64,000 nt of DNA from a virus (Duplodnaviria; Caudoviricetes): the IMG/VR virus record IMGVR_UViG_3300050034_000334; one strand, 5' to 3'. The translations under genes and the position numbers were made by a program. Shown piece by piece: positions 1 through 8,529 of this stretch. Under the pieces are notes generated by a model, which saw only the letters and a list, made by a program, of their open reading frames with translations, searched no databases and had not been told where the DNA came from. Each line of letters starts with the position of its first letter. The stretch's first letter is position 1.

Positions 1-496
1 TGTGCAGTAGATGATCCGCAGGCAACTCACAGGCTTTGCATTCTGGACTACCCTCTTGAGGAACGAACTTGTGACGACCGTAAGGCCACCACTCTCTGTG
101 GGCGGCGGCTGTCTTAGGATCCTCATCCATGTTATCTTCCGCGACGTCAAGGAACTCCTCGACCGGAACCTCATGGATGGCCTGTACCCGCGTCTCCCTC
201 CAACCTGGATCAAATTGGGCGAGATAGACCGCTTCAGCTTCAGGCAAGGATTCGAAGCCCAACATCACCTTGTACTCATCGAAGGAACCATCCTCCTTGA
301 GTTGCTCCACCACATAAGCGTGCGGGGAGTGGTGATCATCTCCGACATACACGTCCACGGCCTCTCCATCGCCTCTCCCGGTTGTATCGGGGATGAAGCC
401 ATAGTCGGCTTGCAGGATGCGATTGTGCCGGCGCTCGCCCTTCCACTTTTCAACCGTTACGGGAAGCCCTCTAAAGAGGTAATCGTGATCGTCCAT
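1..496 (-). CDS. InPase (inorganic pyrophosphatase-like, phage polyvalent-protein type) domain protein; truncated at window edge
   Basis: Not in the ORF track because it has no stop in the window. ATG at 496 overlaps the upstream TAA (TAATG). Manual translation: MDDHDYLFRGLPVTVEKWKGERRHNRILQADYGFIPDTTGRGDGEAVDVYVGDD...VVEQLKEDGSFDEYKVMLGFES...AVYLAQFDPGW, matching the InPase pattern YG.I..T.G.DG..VDV...DE.KVMLGF, followed by PKTAAAH and an H..C..C..H motif. Confidence 0.8.
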   Translation of the reverse strand, partial: MDDHDYLFRGLPVTVEKWKGERRHNRILQADYGFIPDTTGRGDGEAVDVYVGDDHHSPHAYVVEQLKEDGSFDEYKVMLGFESLPEAEAVYLAQFDPGWRETRVQAIHEVPVEEFLDVAEDNMDEDPKTAAAHREWWPYGRHKFVPQEGSPECKACELPADHLLH

Positions 497-1227
497 TAGG
501 CGGCCTCCAATGAAGACTGGTACTTAACAATCCGATGAACCCATTCCATGAATTCTTCTACTGGGCTGTTCATTTTTGCTCTGTTGCATCGTCCACAACA
601 GGACACTACATTTCCTTCTTGATAGGGCAACGAGTTATTAACCCTATCTATTCCGTTTCTCGTAAACGAAAACTTGTCAGTCTTGTAGCGAGCTTGGGTA
701 TCTCCTCCCGGAGAATAACTGTAGACTTGACGAGGTTCCACTCCGCAGTAGTAACACTTTCCCTCAGCTAGTTCTCTGGTCCTCTCCTCAGAAAGACCCC
801 AGTCAAGACCTCTATCCTTGGCGTTGCCTTGTAGAGTTTTGAATAGCATGTGAAAAGCAGCTTCATGAGGAGGTAGTCTGTTCTGGTACTCCTCCAGTAA
901 GCATCCACAACTTCGAGTATTCCCATTTCGTAGACGGTGGGCCAGAACTCTGACTTCTTTCCCACAGTCACACTCGCAGCGCCAAATGGCACCGCCGCCA
1001 ACTTTGTCTGATCCAGTTCCAATCCTCTCAAGTGCGGTCAACTTTCCAAACTTCATACCGATCATGTCCTTGTGACGGAAGTAGGGTTTGGAAGGCTTTC
1101 TGGTGAGAATTATGCGACGGTTAGTACATCTTCGACAAGTTATCTTCGCCTTTTCCGCAAATTCATACGCTGCCTTTGTCTTGTAACTGATCTCAGATGA
1201 GCACTCCGGACAACTTCTAGTGAACAT
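496..1227 (-). CDS. HNH homing endonuclease (Zn ribbon + CxCG/RSCGC domain + HNH)
   Basis: KFGKLTALER..WRCECDCG..LRNGNTRSCGC, then CYYCG..NGIDRVNNSLPYQEGNVVSCCGRCNRAK. Confidence 0.85.
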   Translation of the reverse strand: MFTRSCPECSSEISYKTKAAYEFAEKAKITCRRCTNRRIILTRKPSKPYFRHKDMIGMKFGKLTALERIGTGSDKVGGGAIWRCECDCGKEVRVLAHRLRNGNTRSCGCLLEEYQNRLPPHEAAFHMLFKTLQGNAKDRGLDWGLSEERTRELAEGKCYYCGVEPRQVYSYSPGGDTQARYKTDKFSFTRNGIDRVNNSLPYQEGNVVSCCGRCNRAKMNSPVEEFMEWVHRIVKYQSSLEAA

Positions 1228-1257
1228 AGATAGACCTCACTATTGAGGCTGGTAGTC

Positions 1258-4242
1258 CTAATGTTCGAAAGCACTAATGAATATTCTTCTGTTTTTAGTT
1301 GGCAACTTGATTGCAACATTAGCTGCTTCTTCTAAGATTGCTTCCTTTCGATGGAACTTGTCAGCGCAGTCAGGACAGACGACCTTCTTGTTCACTTCGA
1401 GGACATCGTCACCATTGAGATGTTCACCACATTCCTGACAGTTCTCGACGCCTTCCCGGGGATCGCTGGCCTTCTTTCTAATAAAGGTTGGCATCTTGGT
1501 CTTTCTGCCAACGAAGATGTTCATTCCTTCCAGCTTGATTCCATCAGAGGCTGATACATATTCGTCGTCGATAGGATTCAACTTCCAATCAACCGAACTG
1601 TTCTCCACTATCTGCTGGGTATCCGCATCCCAGCCACGACCTCCTTGGAACTGCCCTTCGAGTACCTGACCACCTTCTACTGGAACAGCAATGACTCCAT
1701 AATCGTGATAGTAGTCAATCAGAGAACGCTGCTCCTCATTGAAGTTTTTAGGGTATTCTTCATCATTATCTCCATTATTCATGCTCTCCATCCAGACATT
1801 GTACTCTGCGTTGGTGGTCCTCTCAAAATTCTCGAGCCACTCTCTGATCTGGGCTGAAGTGCCGTTCACTCCTGACGAGACAAGGGTTCCTGCGCTTGCT
1901 CCATAGTACCTGAAGTAGAGAGCATAGATCTCTGGTTCTTCACTAGCCTTTTTGGTGGTCTTGATCTTTGGGCACTTCAGTATTCTACCCACAGCTAGTG
2001 AGTTTAGTGCATCGATCTTGATTCCTTCTGAAACAGATACCTCGAGGGAAGATGGCTCCAATCTCCATGTTCCGTATTGCCCCTGGCGCCTGGTCATGGG
2101 ACTGCGTTCTCCACTGAAAGTGCCTGTGTATATCCGGCCTCCTTCAGTGGGCACAATAGCAGGATTTAGACCCTCAGCATAGTAGTTGCATAGCTCTTCC
2201 TGATCATGAGCCAACGTGTCTTCATTGAGGTATTTGTTGAATGTGGTCTTGTCAAAATCATCATCTAGCCACTGCTTGATGGCTTCAAGAGACCCAGAAA
2301 ACCCAGTTGCGATCCCATCAGTAACTCCCAGCAGTTCCATGAACAGCAAGGAGTATTTTTCCTCCTCGTCACTTCCATTCAGACGGAACTTGGGAAGGTG
2401 GATCTGCTTACCCACAAAGTTGGCATTCATCCCCTCAATCTTGATGCCTTCAGAAGCAGTGACCTTTGTGTCAGAGGGGAACATCCTCCAACTGGTGCTG
2501 GCATTCCAACGCATCTCTTGGACCAACCCTCCCTCTGCAGGGATGGCGATTGCATCCAAGGTGCCAAACCTCTTGCACAGTTCCTTCTGATCAGGAGTGA
2601 AGTTGAGAGGAAACTCATCAGAATCTTCTGGTCTGTTTCCTGGCCAATCCAGGCTCGTGTTGAGGGCCTTGACATGTTTGTCGTATATGGAATATGTGGT
2701 CTTTTCGAAGTTGTTGACCCACTCCACGATCTGTTTGGCAGTCCCGTTGAACCCGGTCGTATAGATGGTGTCCGGCTTCCTACCATTGAAGCACAGAGCA
2801 TAGACCGTGTCATCTTCGGGAGTGAGAGGTTCCTCAGGAGGATTGTTTCTCATCACTTCGGAGTCTCTCAGTTCCCCGGCTTGCTTGGCTTTTCCTTCAA
2901 CCAAGCCATGAATCAGATCCTTGGACTCTTCGAACAGAGTGACAATGCCTGGATGGTAATCTTTCGGGTTGTCCTTGATGTCCTGCTCAATCTCTTCCAG
3001 GGTAAACCACTCGATGCTGTCATTCTCCCACTCATGACCGAAGGTCGGCTGGAAGGCGAACTCCTCGTCCACCACACCGATGAAATTTGAATATGTGAAA
3101 TCTTCTTTCTTAAACACGAAGGCAGCATGAGTCTTGATGGGACCTGAATACCCGGTCTCTTCCTGCAACTCAGTCCTAGCACTCTCTTCGGGAGACATAT
3201 CCTTCTTGACCGCTCCACCCAGGGTGCCCCAGCAGTTGCCCTCTTCGACCTTATCGCTTCTCCATGCCAGACAGATCCGCTTGGTCTCGCTGCAGATCGG
3301 AACGACACCAGAGGACTGAGCTTTCCAACTGTCGTCTGAAGCAGTCCTCTTGATCACTTCATTGAACGGAATGAAGGAGTCCTTGTCACCCTTGTTCTTC
3401 ATTTCCAGACGAATCCCTTCAGCCGTCGAAACAGTATTGCCTTCATCCGATTCTTTGAAGTTAGGAGATATCCATGCACGGACTTTTCCACCCTCTGTGG
3501 GAAAGGCATACAGAGCGAAGTATTTGGCCGTGAACTGGTTCTTCTCACTGTCACGTGCCCACTCAGTGATCTCAGGTAGCGTCCCGGTCATGCTTGTGGG
3601 CTGCAGCATGGGAGTTCTCTGGTCTTGCATGGTGACATAGAACAGAGAGTACCGATCATCCTCTTCCTCGCCAGCCGTATGAGGTCCTCCCTTTTGGGTG
3701 CGGACCATTCCCTGTCCTGGCTGGTTCTTCGTGGTGTGAGCACAGAACTTCAGGGCCTCGTCGTTGGACAATGGGACTCCGAACCAGACATCATTCACGC
3801 TGTTTTCACCAGAGGACTCGACTACCTTACCATCTTTCAATCCCCAGGTGTGCTGATGCCAGCCTTGAAAGTTGTGGCCATACCCGATGACGATGGTGTC
3901 TATCTTCCCCTTTTCATAGAGAGTCGCGATGTTCCAGTGACAGTCGCCTTCAGACATGGGGATAAGAGATGGACGTCCTCTGTAAGCAACTCCTCTATGA
4001 GCGATAGCTGTTGAGTCGGGATCGTTCTTTAGTTGACCTCCACTTGTAGTGTCTCCTGGCGCCAGACTACGAAGTTTCTTGGTCAGTTCTGCTGAAGATC
4101 CCTCCTTGAATAGAGCAGGATTCATCTCTTCAAGAGGCAATATCTCGTTCTCATCCTGGCGGTTGTCAGGATCTAGAGCCCATCCGTTAGACATTGGTTC
4201 GAATTCTGGACGGGTAGCGAGAGGAGGATTCTTTCTGCTCAC
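1258..4242 (-). CDS. 994-aa multidomain protein: Cys/His domain, Nudix hydrolase, four copies of an unrecognised repeat domain, C-terminal Zn finger
   Basis: Nudix-like GGAVKKDMSPEESARTELQEETGY; CHWN...HTW motif; repeated Y[AS]L.F..GT..QI.EW..P.EGG.V..EGI[KR][LI] units; CQEC..CPDC. GTG start with AGGAGG RBS. Confidence 0.75.
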   Translation of the reverse strand: MSRKNPPLATRPEFEPMSNGWALDPDNRQDENEILPLEEMNPALFKEGSSAELTKKLRSLAPGDTTSGGQLKNDPDSTAIAHRGVAYRGRPSLIPMSEGDCHWNIATLYEKGKIDTIVIGYGHNFQGWHQHTWGLKDGKVVESSGENSVNDVWFGVPLSNDEALKFCAHTTKNQPGQGMVRTQKGGPHTAGEEEDDRYSLFYVTMQDQRTPMLQPTSMTGTLPEITEWARDSEKNQFTAKYFALYAFPTEGGKVRAWISPNFKESDEGNTVSTAEGIRLEMKNKGDKDSFIPFNEVIKRTASDDSWKAQSSGVVPICSETKRICLAWRSDKVEEGNCWGTLGGAVKKDMSPEESARTELQEETGYSGPIKTHAAFVFKKEDFTYSNFIGVVDEEFAFQPTFGHEWENDSIEWFTLEEIEQDIKDNPKDYHPGIVTLFEESKDLIHGLVEGKAKQAGELRDSEVMRNNPPEEPLTPEDDTVYALCFNGRKPDTIYTTGFNGTAKQIVEWVNNFEKTTYSIYDKHVKALNTSLDWPGNRPEDSDEFPLNFTPDQKELCKRFGTLDAIAIPAEGGLVQEMRWNASTSWRMFPSDTKVTASEGIKIEGMNANFVGKQIHLPKFRLNGSDEEEKYSLLFMELLGVTDGIATGFSGSLEAIKQWLDDDFDKTTFNKYLNEDTLAHDQEELCNYYAEGLNPAIVPTEGGRIYTGTFSGERSPMTRRQGQYGTWRLEPSSLEVSVSEGIKIDALNSLAVGRILKCPKIKTTKKASEEPEIYALYFRYYGASAGTLVSSGVNGTSAQIREWLENFERTTNAEYNVWMESMNNGDNDEEYPKNFNEEQRSLIDYYHDYGVIAVPVEGGQVLEGQFQGGRGWDADTQQIVENSSVDWKLNPIDDEYVSASDGIKLEGMNIFVGRKTKMPTFIRKKASDPREGVENCQECGEHLNGDDVLEVNKKVVCPDCADKFHRKEAILEEAANVAIKLPTKNRRIFISAFEH

Positions 4243-4251
4243 CAGTTCCTC

Positions 4252-6924
4252 CTACTGTCCGTGTCTCCACAAGCCATAGGCTTCCATGGGATCGTCGACG
4301 ATTTCAACTTCGTCGGGATCGTCATCCAGAGTCAGGTCATATCTGCGACATTCCGGATTCATGCATTTGCGGACCCGCTTGTGATCAGGAGTGCCCGAGG
4401 GTTCCCACTCGAGCTTGTGTTCGCAGTCAGGGCAGTAATCGCAGTTGGGGCACTCACCTTCTGCCGTGTCTCCCTTGCAGTTTTCACACACATCACAGTT
4501 GGTGCAACGACCCTGCTCATCGAACTTCTTCTCACCGCAGTTTGCACACTCGCCTTCACTGTTGATGGCGGCCTGCTTTAGAAGTGGATGTTTCACGTTT
4601 GCCTCTTTCTTTGCTGATGCCATCGAAAGTTGTGTCCATCTCATCTGGTTGTAGTCATCATCTTGGCTGCTGCGCGGCACTTCTTTCTTCTTCACATGTA
4701 CGATCGAATCCGGATACATGTCTTGATACATACCAGCAACTTCTTCAGCCGTTCCAGGATTGGTAACAACCTTGTCTTCGGCTGGGAAGTCAGCATTCTG
4801 GAAGTGGACATGCCACTCACCCGGCTTGCCGTCAATGATGATGTGATCAACTGGTCCAGACTCTGCCTTCTTGGTGCTGGCGTTCATCTTGATTTTCACC
4901 ATGTCGAGTTCGCCGGTGATTGCACGACGTTCCGACATATCCAGCATCGGATCAGCTAACTCTCTTTCGAGGAATTTCTTCCGTCTCTTGAGTTCTTCTG
5001 GATCCATTTTCGAAACCTTCTTCTTCATTCTCCTGAACTGCTCAGGATTCACGTTGTCATTCCAATTCCACTGCAAACTGGGATGATTGACTCCTGTCTC
5101 ATCTTTCTTTTCGACAGGGTCCGCATGGACGACCGGATCGGCGATCTTGTGAGACTTGCCATTCTTCCGAACTTGGATGTCACTGGCAAACTTGACTGGA
5201 GCGGCATCGTGACTTGGCATGAACCCGCCACACTTTTCTCCACAGATGTCACAATCTCCTCTCTCGTCATGATCGTAGAATCCATGACCACAAATGCAAG
5301 AGGGATTGTCCTCGTTCCGCCAGGGAGCATCCTCGTTCATGGTTCTATGAGGGTGACCCTCTGGTAGCTTCTTGCGAGGCACATGATACTGTTCACCACT
5401 GGCATCTGTGAAGCCGGCAACATTCTCGTCGCTGATCATGGGATCGTATTCAGCTTCAGGATGCTTGGGATGGGATCCTGCCTGCTTGGCGTTCATGCGA
5501 TAGATCTCTTGAAGAGTGTCTTCATCCTGATCAGTGATGGGATACCGCTCTTCCACCGGAGTCTCCTCATCTTCCCATCTGTTCAGAAGTTTGTGCTTCG
5601 TAGCAAAGGGGTTCGACTCCCTCTTCTCAGAACGCTGACGCTGTGGCATCGGAGCCTGACACCAGTCACAATACTTGTTTTCTGGGTTGTTGGGATGCTC
5701 ACATTCCTCGCAGTAATTGGGGTCACCTGGACCCGGCTCCCAATTGGGATCGATGACGGCCTTCTTCGGAACGAACGCAGCGAAACGAGGTCCACCCTGT
5801 GGCTCTTGTACTCTTCGTTCCTCTTTCTTCTGCTCGTCTACATAGGCTGCATAGTCGGAGGGACGTTCCCACAGAGTCTTGTTGCAGTGCTGAAACTGTT
5901 CAGGAGTGGGAAGAGGAGCACCAGCGAACAGCCGATGTTGCAGCAACTTCTTAGACCCGAACATCTTCATGTCTTTGAGTTCCTGCTGGTCTGCATCACT
6001 GAAGGGATTGTCGTAGTTTGTTGCCTGCTGTTGAGGCTTAGGAAGCATCCTCTCCAGGTACTCAATGGCATCATCGATTGATCCCCAGTCGACATCAAGC
6101 TGATTTGCAAGATCCTTCTTGGCCTCGATCTCCTTCTTGATCTGCTGAAGGCGAGAGATGGTGATGGGGAGATACCGGGGATCGTCTGTACCAGCCTTCT
6201 TGAGACTGCCGTTCTTGGGTCCTTCGAATTCCCTCATCCCTGGATACATCTTCTGGAACTGCAACCAGGCTCTCTCCTCCGCTCCCTGGTACTGTCTTTG
6301 AGCATGGCTGACGCCCATGTACTCTGATCCCAGATTGTTCATTTCCCGAGACAAGAGGTTCATGTATGTGCGACGTTCTTCAGGACTCAACACGACCAGC
6401 TTCTTGCGATTGAAGATGCCGCCGGACTTGGTGCGAACCATCTCGTCTCGTGGAACAGACGTGGTCGTGAATGGCTTGGACTCTTTCCCGTGAGCGCGAT
6501 TCCAAAGCTCTGATTGAATCTTCTGGAACTCACGAAGTTCGTCCTGTCTGTACAGAAGCACTCCCCAGCGACGCTCTGCTCTCTTGTTGATCTCCTCGAG
6601 CCGTGCAAGCAGTTCTTCAGTCGTGCTGCTGGAAACCTGCTCGTGTTCAACATCCCGGTCCTTTGGTTCAAAATCGCGACTTGTCCAATTGACTCCTGCA
6701 GTCTTCTTCGGGCACTTGCAGTGTTCCTTCAGATAGTCGCATTCGGGGCAATAGGCTTTCTGCTCAGCCTCGTACTCCTTCTTGCATTTATCATTGCAGA
6801 AGTGGGGTCCACGCAGGGATTCGGAGTGGCTGTAGGTGGTGATGTGACGACCACACTGTTCACACTCAGCAGATCCTAGGATGGCTGCGGTCCGGCTGTT
6901 GTAACTTCTGAGAAGAGGATTCAT
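4252..6924 (-). CDS. Large modular protein with many CxxC zinc fingers (putative head/internal protein)
   Basis: At least ten CxxC pairs in distinct modules separated by KxA motifs. Start moved to the ATG at 6924 (MNPLL), which has GGAG upstream. Confidence 0.6.
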   Translation of the reverse strand: MNPLLRSYNSRTAAILGSAECEQCGRHITTYSHSESLRGPHFCNDKCKKEYEAEQKAYCPECDYLKEHCKCPKKTAGVNWTSRDFEPKDRDVEHEQVSSSTTEELLARLEEINKRAERRWGVLLYRQDELREFQKIQSELWNRAHGKESKPFTTTSVPRDEMVRTKSGGIFNRKKLVVLSPEERRTYMNLLSREMNNLGSEYMGVSHAQRQYQGAEERAWLQFQKMYPGMREFEGPKNGSLKKAGTDDPRYLPITISRLQQIKKEIEAKKDLANQLDVDWGSIDDAIEYLERMLPKPQQQATNYDNPFSDADQQELKDMKMFGSKKLLQHRLFAGAPLPTPEQFQHCNKTLWERPSDYAAYVDEQKKEERRVQEPQGGPRFAAFVPKKAVIDPNWEPGPGDPNYCEECEHPNNPENKYCDWCQAPMPQRQRSEKRESNPFATKHKLLNRWEDEETPVEERYPITDQDEDTLQEIYRMNAKQAGSHPKHPEAEYDPMISDENVAGFTDASGEQYHVPRKKLPEGHPHRTMNEDAPWRNEDNPSCICGHGFYDHDERGDCDICGEKCGGFMPSHDAAPVKFASDIQVRKNGKSHKIADPVVHADPVEKKDETGVNHPSLQWNWNDNVNPEQFRRMKKKVSKMDPEELKRRKKFLERELADPMLDMSERRAITGELDMVKIKMNASTKKAESGPVDHIIIDGKPGEWHVHFQNADFPAEDKVVTNPGTAEEVAGMYQDMYPDSIVHVKKKEVPRSSQDDDYNQMRWTQLSMASAKKEANVKHPLLKQAAINSEGECANCGEKKFDEQGRCTNCDVCENCKGDTAEGECPNCDYCPDCEHKLEWEPSGTPDHKRVRKCMNPECRRYDLTLDDDPDEVEIVDDPMEAYGLWRHGQ

Positions 6925-6994
6925 CGAAACTCCCGAACACACGATGTTCTACAATGTATTTAGAAGTTGGAGCGGTGTGCGGTATTATGTAGAT

Positions 6995-7831
6995 ATGAGC
7001 GTAGATACCCTGAATTCCTTCATAGAAGAGCGGGAAGAGATTCGTGTGAGGAAGGAATCGGGCCAGCCATGGCCCTGGACTTCCAACGTGATTTTCTTGA
7101 CCTACAAGTTCTGTAACGTCTGTCGCGAGGATGATCGAACCACGCGGTGGATTGCCAAGAACTGGAGAGAACCACATGCTGACGACCCCGATCTTTGGTT
7201 TGCCCTGGTCATAGCTCGCCGCGTTCTCAACTGGCCCTGGAGCATGCAAGCTCTTGGATACCCGGTGCCCTGGGATTCAGCTTACTTCACCTCAGTCACC
7301 ACATCCCTGATGACCTCTGGCCAGAAATGCTACGACACAGCCTATCAGCTTCTCGTTCAAGGACAGAAGGGTGACAAGGCTGAGAACATGATCAAGCACA
7401 TCCTCAATCCTCTCTGGGAACATCGTGAACACATCCGACCCAGGCAGTACGATGAGTTGCGAACCTTCTTCAATCGACTCTCAGCCTTCAAGTACATGGG
7501 TCTGTTTTACACCGGCCAGGTCGTGGCTGATCTGAAGTATGCTCAACTGACGAATGCTCTAGACTGGGATTCGTTTGCTGTGCCAGGTCCTGGAAGCGAA
7601 CGCGGCCTCAATCGAGTTCTCGGCAAGCCCAAGGAGTGTGCTTGGACTGTCAAGGGTTGGACCGAAGCACTAGAAAATCTGAGACCTCAGATCAGAATGA
7701 AGATCCATGCTCAAGATCTCCAGAACTGCCTCTGTGAGTTCGACAAGTATGAGCGCATCAGACTGGGAGAAGGTCGGGTGCGTCCATATCACCCTGCTCC
7801 TCCTATGGTGACTGACGGGAGTTCGTCATGA
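6995..7831 (+). CDS. 5-hmdU DNA kinase helical domain / aGPT-pyrophosphorylase clade 1 family (thymidine hypermodification)
   Basis: FIEEREEIRVRKESGQPWPWTSNVIFLTYKFCNVCREDDRTTRWI, G.FY.GQVVADL and VPGPGS.RGL are characteristic family motifs. Start at ATG 6995, 6 nt after TATTAT. Confidence 0.8.
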   Translation: MSVDTLNSFIEEREEIRVRKESGQPWPWTSNVIFLTYKFCNVCREDDRTTRWIAKNWREPHADDPDLWFALVIARRVLNWPWSMQALGYPVPWDSAYFTSVTTSLMTSGQKCYDTAYQLLVQGQKGDKAENMIKHILNPLWEHREHIRPRQYDELRTFFNRLSAFKYMGLFYTGQVVADLKYAQLTNALDWDSFAVPGPGSERGLNRVLGKPKECAWTVKGWTEALENLRPQIRMKIHAQDLQNCLCEFDKYERIRLGEGRVRPYHPAPPMVTDGSSS

Positions 7832-8097
7832 GTGAATCCCAGAAGACTATCTATCCCACTCTAATCGCTGCCTACGGTCGGAGATCAACGGTTACTGTCA
7901 AAGAGGCCATCTTTTTCCTCATTGATCGCAACTCTAGTGAACCCTTGCGTCCCACTGAGCTCTTGAGAGATCTCACTACCAGGTTTGTTCCACCGTACAC
8001 ATACAGCGAAGTTCAGGATGAGATTTCGAAACTGCTGGAGGAAAATGTCATTCTGCTAACCCCGAACCTCCGTGTTGTCAGACAGAAATCCTCTTAG
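7828..8097 (+). CDS. Hypothetical protein (possible winged helix)
   Basis: ATGA overlap with the upstream gene; helix-turn-helix/wing-like C-terminus. Confidence 0.55.
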   Translation: MSESQKTIYPTLIAAYGRRSTVTVKEAIFFLIDRNSSEPLRPTELLRDLTTRFVPPYTYSEVQDEISKLLEENVILLTPNLRVVRQKSS

Positions 8098-8528
8098 AAC
8101 CAAGCATCGTCACCAAAGTTATCAGCATTTCCGTTCATCCATGGCGGAGGGTCATCGATAAACAGAGGGAAGGGATTCTCCTGAAACTCCATCTGAACTC
8201 CCAGTGAAACTCCTACAATTGGCCTGACACTGATCAGAGTCACCATTGCCATCTTGTAAAGAACAAAAGGGAAGGGGATCTTGCCATCCATACGAATGTC
8301 GAATCCCTGTGTTGGATTGATGTAGAAGGCGCGCATCTGATCCCACTCCATGGTGATGCCCGCAAGAGGCTGAGTCAGGAGTAGAAACGAGTTCTCAGGT
8401 GCATTATCCTGACAGTTGCCAGGGTCTGGAACTCCAATGAGCAAGGTTGTATTATTGGCCGTAGTCGTCATGCTTTGAACGACCATGATCGGTCGATATC
8501 CTTCGAATTCTTTGACGGCTAAGAGCAT
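8094..8528 (-). CDS. Hypothetical protein
   Basis: Start moved to ATG 8528 (MLLAVKEF), 1 nt after the upstream stop. Confidence 0.6.
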   Translation of the reverse strand: MLLAVKEFEGYRPIMVVQSMTTTANNTTLLIGVPDPGNCQDNAPENSFLLLTQPLAGITMEWDQMRAFYINPTQGFDIRMDGKIPFPFVLYKMAMVTLISVRPIVGVSLGVQMEFQENPFPLFIDDPPPWMNGNADNFGDDAWF

Positions 8529-8529
8529 G

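Noticed and set aside
11-499. 162-aa plus-strand ORF
   Set aside because: Antisense shadow of the InPase gene on the minus strand.
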